A stretch of DNA of 64,000 nucleotides from a virus. Lineage: Duplodnaviria > Caudoviricetes. The position numbers and the translations under genes are program-made. The stretch covers positions 1-64,000 of IMG/VR virus record IMGVR_UViG_3300011008_000004. One strand, 5' to 3'. The notes under the pieces were generated by a model. The model was given only the letters and a program-made list of their open reading frames with translations. It was not told the origin of the DNA and did no database searches. Shown here one piece after another: positions 1 through 7,732 of the stretch. Positions within the stretch are counted from its first letter, which is position 1. Each line of letters begins with the position of its first letter.

Positions 1-225
1 TGAACACTGCGTAGAATATAATTCTGTAAATGAATTCTTCATATAGATATCTGATTTAATAACTTCTAATTCTAGTATCGGCGCTGATTCAAATGGCGAA
101 TTATTTATGTTTTTTACAATACCTATAAATTCTAATTGATATAAAGCTATTGCGCTATTTATTTTGATCTTATCATCATTAACAAAAGTTTTTAACGTAA
201 CAACGTCACCTATTTTAAATTCCAT
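1..225 (-). CDS. hypothetical protein, runs off window edge (MEFKIGDVVTLKTF...)
   Basis: ATG at 225 with GAGG SD, open to position 1. Confidence 0.6.
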   Translation of the reverse strand, partial: MEFKIGDVVTLKTFVNDDKIKINSAIALYQLEFIGIVKNINNSPFESAPILELEVIKSDIYMKNSFTELYSTQCS

Positions 226-253
226 TTTTAACCTCTTTTATTGATTATACAAA

Positions 254-1093
254 TTAAGCGCTAAAACCTAAATCAAAATCTTGTAAATTATCTGTAGGAA
301 TTTTACTTCTAATTTCTTCAATATTTACGCCTTTGCCAAAATTAAAACCATAATCATCTACTAAACTCCAGATAAATGACACACTTTGAATTCTATTTGC
401 TTTTACATAATCATTTAAATAAGCAGGAATTTCAGTGTCTTTCATCTTAGTAAGCGTTAAACTAAATGAATAACTCCACTGCCAAGCATATCCACCACTT
501 GAAGTTTTTCTGCCATCTGATACAGACCTTGGCACATCTCCAAAATTCTTAACAAACCAATCTTCAAGATAATCTGGCATCTTAGCGTTTATAGAACCTG
601 TATGTTTTGCTAACCAACCTAAAGCATAATATAAATTACTTGATTTAGAAAGTCTTTCTTTCGATAAGCTATTTACTTTTTCAAGCGTTTTAGCAACTTT
701 CTTTTTATATTTCTCTTCCGCTGCCTTAGCTTCTTCTGCAGCTTTTATCGCTAATTTACGTTTCTTATTTTGCTCTTCTTGAATAGCTTTCATATTATCG
801 TCATCTTCTTTCATGATTCTAAGATCTTCTTTAATTGAAGTAAAATCAAAATCTTCTTCAAGTTTCAAGATGCCTTTATTTAAGCAATACAGTAAAGTCA
901 TTTGTTTAGTGCATGATGGATATTCAATTGTAACATTGATATCATAATCATTACAAAGATTATTGCCTGTAGTATTTACTGCGTTAGTAATAACACCTAC
1001 TTCATTAGTCTTAAGACTTTTTACTTTTTTACCTACTAAATCGTTTATCATATTAAATCCTCCAAAACTGATTCTATTACTATTATATAACAT
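254..1093 (-). CDS. hypothetical phage protein (279 aa, coiled-coil middle; true start probably ATG 1051)
   Basis: ORF track; GGAGG precedes MINDL. Confidence 0.75.
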   Translation of the reverse strand: MLYNSNRISFGGFNMINDLVGKKVKSLKTNEVGVITNAVNTTGNNLCNDYDINVTIEYPSCTKQMTLLYCLNKGILKLEEDFDFTSIKEDLRIMKEDDDNMKAIQEEQNKKRKLAIKAAEEAKAAEEKYKKKVAKTLEKVNSLSKERLSKSSNLYYALGWLAKHTGSINAKMPDYLEDWFVKNFGDVPRSVSDGRKTSSGGYAWQWSYSFSLTLTKMKDTEIPAYLNDYVKANRIQSVSFIWSLVDDYGFNFGKGVNIEEIRSKIPTDNLQDFDLGFSA

Positions 1094-1149
1094 TCATTTG
1101 CATTTGTAAACTATTTATGCAAACTTTTTTCATTTTTTTTTATTTTTTT

Positions 1150-1416
1150 TTAAATTACACTTTCACCGAATCCGCTTAACATCGAATTAGTTATAGTCCA
1201 AATTGCTTCAGTAGAAGTTTTAGATTTTCTAATATTGTTAAGAAGTCTATTAGATGCTTTAGTATTTATACCTGCTTCATTGAATAAGTTTTCTACTAAA
1301 TTCAAAACATCATTCACTGAACCTTTATTAGCTACATCTTTTACAGATTCATAATTAGCGTTTAAGACGCTTGTCATAGATTTTTCATTTACTTTACTTA
1401 AATCAATTTTATTCAT
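1150..1416 (-). CDS. hypothetical protein
   Basis: ORF with SD and own sigma-A promoter. Confidence 0.75.
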   Translation of the reverse strand: MNKIDLSKVNEKSMTSVLNANYESVKDVANKGSVNDVLNLVENLFNEAGINTKASNRLLNNIRKSKTSTEAIWTITNSMLSGFGESVI

Positions 1417-1446
1417 AAAATTACCTCTTCTATATTTTATAGTTAT

Positions 1447-1475
1447 ATTATATCATACAATATAAAAATAGTCAA
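1447..1475 (-). promoter_or_regulatory. sigma-70/sigma-A promoter TTGACT-17-TATAAT
   Basis: consensus boxes with 17-nt spacer; -35 lies in an inverted repeat (1469-1498). Confidence 0.8.
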
Positions 1476-1503
1476 CTAATTTTTAAACTAGTTGACTACT
1501 AAA

Positions 1504-2232
1504 TTAAATTCTCTTCGTTAAAACTCTAACATGTAATCTCTGAACAGAACCTTCAGCGAATATAGATTCTACTCTACATTTGCCATTTACGCCAGTAACT
1601 ACGCCATTTAAAGTCGCCATGCCTCTAGCGCCATATGTTAACTCAACATTGCGCCAGTCAGTAACTTCTCCAGTGATTGATTTTATTCTATTAAATAGTT
1701 CAATAACAAAGTGTTTAGCGTCCTTCTTGTTGTCTTCTATGATCTCAGAATCAGTTTTATAAGCTAGTACAGTCCAATCGTATTTTGAATAAGTGTACAT
1801 CACATCTTTATACTTTTTAACTTTTTTAACTTCTAAAATTTTATCTCTTCTAGCGATGTCAAACTCAGTCCATCTTTCTTCTAATTCTTTTTGAAGTTCT
1901 TTTAAACATTCAGGAACTTCTCTTACATACGAATCTTCTACATTAGAAGCATCTTTAAGTTGTTCTTCGTAATCAGCTAATTTCTTTTTAGATTCTTCAA
2001 TAACTTTATTAGCATTCTTTATATCATCTTCTAGAGTTTCAATATCATACGCTAACCAAAAAGCGTTATTATTAGATTTTATAGATTCTTTATCGAAGAT
2101 ATCTATTCCTAAATCATTTAATTGTTTTTGTTTCTTTGCAATTAAATTAGTTTTAGTTTGAATAGTTTTAGTTTTCTTTTCAATAGTATTTTTAAGATTA
2201 CTAATTCTGTCTTGTAATGTAGATAATTCCAT
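1504..2232 (-). CDS. coiled-coil hypothetical phage protein
   Basis: ORF track, SD, promoter. Confidence 0.8.
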   Translation of the reverse strand: MELSTLQDRISNLKNTIEKKTKTIQTKTNLIAKKQKQLNDLGIDIFDKESIKSNNNAFWLAYDIETLEDDIKNANKVIEESKKKLADYEEQLKDASNVEDSYVREVPECLKELQKELEERWTEFDIARRDKILEVKKVKKYKDVMYTYSKYDWTVLAYKTDSEIIEDNKKDAKHFVIELFNRIKSITGEVTDWRNVELTYGARGMATLNGVVTGVNGKCRVESIFAEGSVQRLHVRVLTKRI

Positions 2233-2261
2233 AAATTTAACCTCTTTTATTTTATAGTTTA

Positions 2262-2290
2262 ATTATATAACAAAAATAAAAACAAGTCAA
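2262..2290 (-). promoter_or_regulatory. sigma-A promoter TTGACT-17-TATAAT overlapped by terminator hairpin
   Basis: consensus boxes; AACAAGTCAAC/GTTGACTTGTT inverted repeat. Confidence 0.8.
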
Positions 2291-2326
2291 CTAATGTTGA
2301 CTTGTTTTCTGTTAACAATATAGCAT

Positions 2327-2469
2327 TCTAGAGAATAATTTAACGGGTTTTTTCATTTTTACGTGCTCTACCACTGAGCTACTCCCCGATGATCGGGGAG
2401 ATAGGACTTGAACCTATGACACCGTGCACCCAAAGCATTTTTTGAAGTAACCGTTAATCCGCTTCTAGA
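2327..2469 (-). ncRNA. Y-RNA (YrlA)-like RNA containing a circularly permuted tRNA-Pro(UGG)
   Basis: order is anticodon loop TTTGGGT, T arm ATAGG-TTCAAGT-CCTAT, CTCCCCGA-TCA-TCGGGGAG (acceptor closed by a loop), D arm GCTC-AGTGGTA-GAGC; enclosed by TTAACGG/CCGTTAA and TCTAGA stems. Confidence 0.75.
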
Positions 2470-2489
2470 TATTACTATCAAAAATTAAA

Positions 2490-2585
2490 ACGTGAATAAT
2501 ATGAAGAGTACAAAATGCTTAAATTTGGTTTAAGTGGTTTTATATTTAACAGATATATCCGAAGTAACTCTTCAAGCCGCTACGT
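2490..2585 (-). ncRNA. second Y-RNA-like RNA with the same scaffold (AGCGG..stem-TTACTTC...stem-ATTATTC)
   Basis: TGAAGAG/CTCTTCA stem replaces TTAACGG/CCGTTAA; carries ATAT-CTGTTAA-ATAT anticodon-like hairpin. Confidence 0.6.
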
Positions 2586-2605
2586 CTCTTCTATATTAAG
2601 TTGTT

Positions 2606-2680
2606 TGGTTGGGAAAGTTGGATTTGAACCAACGAATTAACGTTTTAGAGACGCCAGCCTTACCACTTGGCGATTTCCCA
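2606..2680 (-). tRNA. amber suppressor tRNA, anticodon CUA, Gln-type body
   Basis: TGGGAAA/TTTCCCA acceptor, GCC-AAGTGGTAA-GGC D arm, loop CT-CTA-AA, T arm, encoded CCA. Confidence 0.93.
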
Positions 2681-2926
2681 ATATATGTATATTTTCATAT
2701 ACAAAATTCTATGTAAAATCTAACAATAAATTAGACATTATTTTCAAATCATTTTTGTATTTATCACCTCTAATAAATACATAGTTTGATTAGCGATTGT
2801 TAGTCATTATATTCATTCTATTTGTTCTTTTTGCCAAAATTAAATAATTGAGCATAAACAGCTAATGCTAACAAATCGATGTTATTAAGATCAAACATCT
2901 TCGCTTCTCCTTTTTATATAAGAATT

Positions 2927-3029
2927 TAGGCTGTTTATCGAATTCCATTTACCACTGCTCCTATTACTCTCAAGCAAGCTTACTAACGTCCCAAGCGTTT
3001 TGCTTCTCTTTGTTGCTTCGTGGCACCTA
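2927..3029 (-). ncRNA. unknown structured ncRNA motif, copy 1
   Basis: AGGTGCCACGAAGC...GCAGTGGTAAATGGAAT..GATAAACAGCCT; second copy at 7561-7687. Confidence 0.6.
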
Positions 3030-3066
3030 TTAAGACATTTGATCTATTAAGTTTTAATTTATATTT

Positions 3067-3077
3067 ATAATTTAGCT
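3067..3077 (-). promoter_or_regulatory. putative phage late/alternative promoter motif AGCTAAATTAT
   Basis: same intergenic motif at 8717, 13857, 48897 and a variant at 52903. Confidence 0.5.
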
Positions 3078-3095
3078 TAATGCTAAGTATATACA

Positions 3096-3431
3096 TGGTG
3101 GACCTGCAGAGACTTGCACTCTGGTCTTACCTAACTATTTAATAGACTTTTATATCACAATCATAAGGGGGATATTTAGACTACCCACTCCACCACTTTA
3201 TTTTGAGAAAATAAAGAAAACAAAATCTATGATTTTATTGTCAGCATAGATACTATGACTATCCAAATTCCTAAACCTCAGAAGTTGTTTTGGAGACTCT
3301 TCGTTTTGGCCTTGAATTAAACTCAAGCAACTGCTTTCATATTAGCATTTAAATTTAATGTCACTTTATGTAAGTAACCAACATGTGAATCTACTAACCT
3401 CGTTTAAGCAATCGAATCTATAAACAGGCCC
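3096..3431 (-). ncRNA. ssrA: tmRNA; predicted tag (A)ANMKAVA* at 3323-3346
   Basis: 5' GGGCCTG..GATTCGA, 3' T arm plus CAGGTCC-ACCA, G3:U70 Ala determinant, short tag ORF ending AVA. Confidence 0.88.
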
Positions 3432-3437
3432 ATGTGC

Positions 3438-3935
3438 TTAAAAATTTAATATATTATATTTATACAATCCTGAATCTATTTTTTGAGGTTCCCATTCTAA
3501 TAATTCTAAATCATGATCTTTAAACCAACTTTGTAACATTGGTCTTTCAGCACATTTACATGATTTCTTTTCATGCACCATTAGAACTATTATAGGTTCT
3601 TCTTCAAAATGTTCCATAGATTTAATTTTATTACCGATATTTTCACATCTCTTTATAATATCATCGAAATCTAATGTATCTAAATATTCTCTATACTTTT
3701 TCATAAAGTAACACGGAATAGGAAGTTTGCAATCTCTACAACAGTCTCCCTCTATCCCTTTTGGAGGATTTAGAATATCAGCTCTTAAGCCATTATAAAC
3801 ACCATTTTTATCTTTATAATAATGACCTTGTTTTACATTATAAAACCATTTAGGGTCAAAAGCTGCAGTGCTTATAGGTATCATATTAGGACTGAAAAAT
3901 CGTATTTGATAAAAATAACTTATATAGATTTTCAT
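3438..3935 (-). CDS. DUF488-like protein
   Basis: N-terminal IYISYF and C-terminal HEK..C.C.ER resemble this family. Confidence 0.5.
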   Translation of the reverse strand: MKIYISYFYQIRFFSPNMIPISTAAFDPKWFYNVKQGHYYKDKNGVYNGLRADILNPPKGIEGDCCRDCKLPIPCYFMKKYREYLDTLDFDDIIKRCENIGNKIKSMEHFEEEPIIVLMVHEKKSCKCAERPMLQSWFKDHDLELLEWEPQKIDSGLYKYNILNF

Positions 3936-4011
3936 GTTTTTATAGTTTTTAGTTTCAACTTTCGTTTACTTACAATTCTAACCATCGTGAAGGTAACTAT
4001 ATTATAGAATT

Positions 4012-4084
4012 CAGCCGTTGAAAGATTCGAACTTCCGACAACAGGAGTCAAATTCCTGTGCTCTACCAATTGAGCTAAACGGCT
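4012..4084 (-). tRNA. tRNA, anticodon UUG (Gln); atypical A1-U72 body
   Basis: full cloverleaf, loop AT-TTG-AC. Confidence 0.8.
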
Positions 4085-4093
4085 ATGTTATAC

Positions 4094-4169
4094 TGGAGCG
4101 ATAGACGAGAATCGGACTCGCAACATCTACCTTGGCAAGGTAGCACTCTGCCAATTGAGTTACTATCGC
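4094..4169 (-). tRNA. tRNA-Gly(GCC)
   Basis: cloverleaf, CCA. Confidence 0.92.
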
Positions 4170-4173
4170 AAAA

Positions 4174-4251
4174 TGGGTTGAGAGACGTGATTTGAACACG
4201 CGATCTCCAGGGCCACAACCTGGCGCTTTAACCGACTAAGCTACTCCCAAC
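4174..4251 (-). tRNA. tRNA-His(GUG) with encoded G-1
   Basis: cloverleaf, C73, CCA. Confidence 0.92.
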
Positions 4252-4254
4252 ATT

Positions 4255-4332
4255 TGGTCCTGCATCTTTGATTCGAACAAAGGACTTCACGCTTATCAGA
4301 CGTGCTATCTAAACCAACTGATATAATGCAGG
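4255..4332 (-). tRNA. tRNA-Ile(GAU)
   Basis: cloverleaf, CCA. Confidence 0.92.
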
Positions 4333-4338
4333 ATATAA

Positions 4339-4415
4339 TGGTCGACGTAGAAGGATTCGAACCCTCGATCTACAGTCCGTAGCCGTATGGTTTAATTCCG
4401 CTAGCCTATACGTCG
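4339..4415 (-). tRNA. tRNA-Arg(ACG)
   Basis: cloverleaf, CCA. Confidence 0.88.
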
Positions 4416-4428
4416 ATTAAATATAATT

Positions 4429-4504
4429 TGGTACACCTTACAAGAGTCGAACTTGTATAAACCGCTTAGAAGGCGGTTGGTCTATTCCATTAGCCTAAAG
4501 GTGC
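4429..4504 (-). tRNA. tRNA-Arg(UCU)
   Basis: cloverleaf, CCA. Confidence 0.92.
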
Positions 4505-4510
4505 ATACAT

Positions 4511-4912
4511 TAAGCTGTAAGCCAGAGCTTGAATTACACTCACAGCGAATATAATATCCTCTCCTTAAACCTGTCCAAGCAGCTTTAAGCGTATTCAGTT
4601 CGCCTTCACTGACAGCCAGCATCTTTATCCCTTGCGTGATGCACGTCGTTCTGCTTGGTGTTTGCTCGCCTTACAGCCCTTTCTCCTTTCTATCTTTTAA
4701 GGCCCAGTGGTTGATCAGTGCTCTGGGGAACCTTTTACGGCTCATTTGTTTTCGGATGCTCTTCCTATCTCTACTTAATCTGATTAACTGTTACACAATC
4801 GCTTCGACACTCTTGAGTTGGTCGACGTTGCCACACCTTTTACTAATGTCTTGAACCCATCCTTTTCAGGCCAGCATCTCAAGATCACTAATAAATTTCA
4901 TCCTCTCCTCAC
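4511..4912 (-). ncRNA. candidate structured ncRNA (~400 nt)
   Basis: GC-elevated, no credible ORF, hairpins such as GCTGTGAG/CTTACAGC, inside RNA island. Confidence 0.4.
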
Positions 4913-4936
4913 AATTAACATATTAAGTTTTGAAAT

Positions 4937-5067
4937 TGGTCACTTATAAAAGAATTGCACTCTTGTTTAACGTCTCCCGTGATGTCGGAATATCGTCTCT
5001 TGGTTTTAGGATAATCACATCTATTTTTCCTACGACCTTAGCGTTCTCCTAACTGAACTAATAAGTG
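4937..5067 (-). ncRNA. tRNA-like RNA with ~70-nt insert replacing anticodon arm
   Basis: acceptor CACTTAT/ATAAGTG plus ACCA, D arm GTTC/GAAC, degenerate T arm. Confidence 0.65.
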
Positions 5068-5215
5068 ATATATTGATGTGCTTGCATTCCTATTTGCTTA
5101 TTCTCGGATGGCACACCCTTCATCCAAAGTTCGCTTCACCTACAGCGCACTGCCGCATCGTTATTTCTACAGCTAACGAGGTCTGGGACATTTTAGGAAA
5201 CGCTGTCCAACGTAT

Positions 5216-5302
5216 TGGTCGGCAATTTCAGAGTTAAACTGAAGTCTCTCATAGTACGCTATTAGCCTATACTACAATGCTCTTTCGTTGAGCTATTCAC
5301 CG
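5216..5302 (-). ncRNA. tRNA-like RNA with elongated anticodon arm
   Basis: D arm GCTC/GAGC, TTGTAGTA/TACTATGA stem with 13-nt loop, T arm TTCAG/CTGAA, ACCA. Confidence 0.6.
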
Positions 5303-5309
5303 ATATCGG

Positions 5310-5445
5310 AAGGGTACCCAAGATTTGCACTTGGCGCCTTGATATGATCTCAATATAAAAATATGCGCACTATTCTATAAGTATCTATATCTGTGCTGCT
5401 TCCCACTCTGATGATATCTTCAGGTGTGTCTACACTACGTACCCC
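5310..5445 (-). ncRNA. tRNA-like RNA with mini D arm and large insert
   Basis: GGGGTAC/GTACCCT acceptor, CCAAG-TGCAAAT-CTTGG T arm. Confidence 0.6.
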
Positions 5446-5459
5446 ATAAAATTATTATT

Positions 5460-5760
5460 TTCAAGATGCCATCCCATGATTTAGTTTAGAGTCAATCAGC
5501 GGATTACCAGTCTCGCCTAACTAAACCTATTAATGTAAGCCCCTGTTCTCTGTACGCCTTACATATACACCATCTAACGTAGGTAAAATAACAAAACCTC
5601 GATTTCGTGCCACAATTTGCTCCACTGCTAATTCCGTGGACAAAATACCCATCAATTGAAAGGACTAGTACCATCACCTTTCTGTACACCTGCTTACTAT
5701 CGTGCTTTAGGGAGTTATCACTCCCTCTAGGAGTTTTTGTCAGACTCGGTATCTGACTAC
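5460..5760 (-). ncRNA. candidate structured ncRNA (~300 nt)
   Basis: hairpins GTCAGA/TCTGAC, AGGGAGT/ACTCCCT, GAAAGG/CCTTTC. Confidence 0.4.
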
Positions 5761-5762
5761 CG

Positions 5763-5843
5763 ACACCATTATCAGATTCAAACTGATATCTACACTTTTC
5801 GTTGTTACTACAAGTGTTGCACTTTCATTTATGCTAAATAGTG
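5763..5843 (-). ncRNA. tRNA-like RNA with enlarged anticodon loop
   Basis: CACTATT/AATGGTG, D arm GCAT/GTGC, ACACT/AGTGT stem with 16-nt loop, T arm. Confidence 0.6.
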
Positions 5844-5904
5844 ATGCATGCTTGTCTATTCCAAGCGGCCATTCATTCTCAACTTCCGTCGAAGTTTATG
5901 ACTT

Positions 5905-6033
5905 GCAAGACAATAGGATTCGAACCTATAGAAGACCTTATGACGGTTTATTCTTCTGACGGGTTTTCCCTAAAGATTCCCTGTGCATGCTTTAGGTACT
6001 GGCTCGTCTGAGTTCCCTGACTCGCTGATCTTG
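5905..6033 (-). ncRNA. tRNA-like RNA with large anticodon-position insert
   Basis: CAAGAT/GTCTTG acceptor, D arm GAGT/ACTC, ATAGG-TTCGAAT-CCTAT. Confidence 0.5.
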
Positions 6034-6138
6034 ATACGTATGGTTTGTTTGCTTAGTCTTCTGCAGAGACTAAACCCCTCTTTACAATTACTCGGTCTCC
6101 TTCTGAGCAACAATCGCTACTTTCTATATAGTAGTGTC

Positions 6139-6213
6139 ACTCTCATATAAGATTCAAACTTATATCTTCGACTTTTTGAAACATCGAGGCTCTACCAATT
6201 AAGCTATTGAGAG
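6139..6213 (-). ncRNA. tRNA-like RNA with 10-nt anticodon loop (GTTTCAAAAA)
   Basis: cloverleaf otherwise near canonical. Confidence 0.6.
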
Positions 6214-6359
6214 ATCTAGATGGTTTTGTTATAAACCTTTTGCGCAAACTTTCTAATAATAGGTCTATCTTATTTTCGAGGACTCTAGTTTCCTTCTAGA
6301 GAAACGCTACTTAACTTCCAGTAGTTCCATAAGGCTCATACCCTACAACCTTCGAGCAG

Positions 6360-6431
6360 TCTCTTATAAAGGATTCGAACCTCTGACACACTCCTTAACA
6401 TGGAGCCGCTCTACCGCTGAGCTAATAAGAG
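6360..6431 (-). tRNA. tRNA-Asn(GUU), no encoded CCA
   Basis: cloverleaf, loop AT-GTT-AA. Confidence 0.85.
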
Positions 6432-6469
6432 ATAAAATGTAAATAATTTATTTAATCATTTACAAGTAT

Positions 6470-6498
6470 ATTATAACACACTAAAACTAATATGTCAA
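6470..6498 (-). promoter_or_regulatory. sigma-A promoter TTGACA-17-TATAAT driving the tRNA cluster
   Basis: perfect consensus. Confidence 0.85.
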
Positions 6499-6642
6499 CT
6501 AATTTTAAATATTTAAGAGGAATTGGGTGCACCTCTTCATATAGACTTTACCCTATAATCTACTTTGTGAAGTTACTTCTCTATAAGTATAGCGATTATT
6601 ACTCTTGATCTATACTAACGAACTTCCAATGATTCATTTCGC

Positions 6643-6715
6643 AGCGCAGCGATGGATTCGCACCATATTCCTCAACACATTGTCGAAGTTCTAACTTTTT
6701 TGAATTACACTGCGC
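6643..6715 (-). ncRNA. degenerate tRNA-like RNA
   Basis: GCGCAG/CTGCGC acceptor, ATGG-TGCGAAT-CCAT T-like arm, 5-nt anticodon loop. Confidence 0.45.
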
Positions 6716-6721
6716 ATTATA

Positions 6722-7224
6722 AGCAGTTGTCGTATGCCTTACACTATCATCATAGATAACGGCTTAGTTTTAGCCAACATATACATCTATTACTTTTGTG
6801 CTTACGTCAGTCCTTATTAACCCGCTACATGCGGTTCATCCCATAAGAACGTAGGTATTATCACTTTCAAACACCAAGTTCGCTATTCCACTGAGCATCT
6901 TACAGGATATATCGGAGTTTTACCGAATTATAATTTTAATGTATAAGACCTCGAATAAGACTATTCTTATCTTAACTTATACTAACCTCGGTAGCAGTCG
7001 ACTATTTCCGCGGTCTTTTACCAAATGGAAGGGATTTAATATTTATGATACTTAACATGTTTGTTAATACACAAGGAATTCCAAGGACATTTAAGTTGCC
7101 TCACCTTTTAGATAAGTATCTATATAATTGAAGGTTTAGGTATACCTCCCACAAGGATTTCCACTGCAAATTAAGTAGCTGACTTAATTCACATACCCTC
7201 TTTGAAGTTACACGCATATCTGCT
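6722..7224 (-). ncRNA. candidate large structured ncRNA (~500 nt; ROOL/GOLLD size class)
   Basis: ends pair (AGCAG-ATATGC with GCATAC..CTGCT), multiple hairpins, no ORF. Confidence 0.5.
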
Positions 7225-7325
7225 GTTACTTCCAAACAATAACGCAATTCTGGACTTGCGTAATATCCAGACCCGACACCTCGATTTGAACGAGACTATG
7301 GCGGCCGACTCCGCTATCGAGATAA

Positions 7326-7432
7326 ATGAGATAGAATAGACTTGAACTATTCAACGACCACCACGTCTTCGGGAATCGAACCCTGTACCTCTTACATCCT
7401 GTAAGAGTGCCTTACCTTTCAGCCATATCTCA
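7326..7432 (-). ncRNA. tRNA-like RNA with two T-arms
   Basis: TGAGATA/TATCTCA, D arm, CTCTTAC/GTAAGAG arm, GGG-TTCGATT-CCC then AATAG-TTCAAGT-CTATT. Confidence 0.6.
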
Positions 7433-7435
7433 TAA

Positions 7436-7553
7436 ATACTCTCTGTAGTTGCAAGTCTACAACTTCCTCCTTTGAAGGGAGGGGAACTTTCCATTGACAT
7501 TTAAGTCAGACGTGTAAAACCATCATGGTAACCAGCATTTATTCTAAAGAGTA
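7436..7553 (-). ncRNA. tRNA-like RNA with UCA anticodon and ~50-nt D-loop insert
   Basis: TACTCTT/GAGAGTA, CCTCC-CTTCAAA-GGAGG, TGTAG/CTACA arm with 8-nt loop. Confidence 0.55.
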
Positions 7554-7560
7554 TATTTGT

Positions 7561-7687
7561 TAAGGCTGTTTATCTCATTCCATTTACTACTGCTTCTTGC
7601 ATCTGTGATTCGTATAATGATTGATTTACGAATAATTACAAACCAACTAGCTCAATCAAAACTTATCAATAGCTTCGTAGCACCTTA
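7561..7687 (-). ncRNA. unknown structured ncRNA motif, copy 2
   Basis: AGGTGCTACGAAGC...GCAGTAGTAAATGGAATGAGATAAACAGCCT, directly behind a promoter. Confidence 0.6.
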
Positions 7688-7703
7688 ACTTATTTTCAAT
7701 TTT

Positions 7704-7732
7704 ATTATACAACACTTCTCGTTATATGTCAA
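7704..7732 (-). promoter_or_regulatory. sigma-A promoter TTGACA-17-TATAAT
   Basis: perfect consensus. Confidence 0.85.

Noticed and set aside
2586-2606. HDV-like theta ribozyme after the suppressor tRNA
   Set aside because: No nested pseudoknot pattern downstream; CCA is already encoded
4511-4912. RNase P RNA (3' CTGGCTTA-like end; a similar end at 5535)
   Set aside because: No GAGGAAAGTCC-type 5' P4 partner; the 3' motif is explained by a local hairpin
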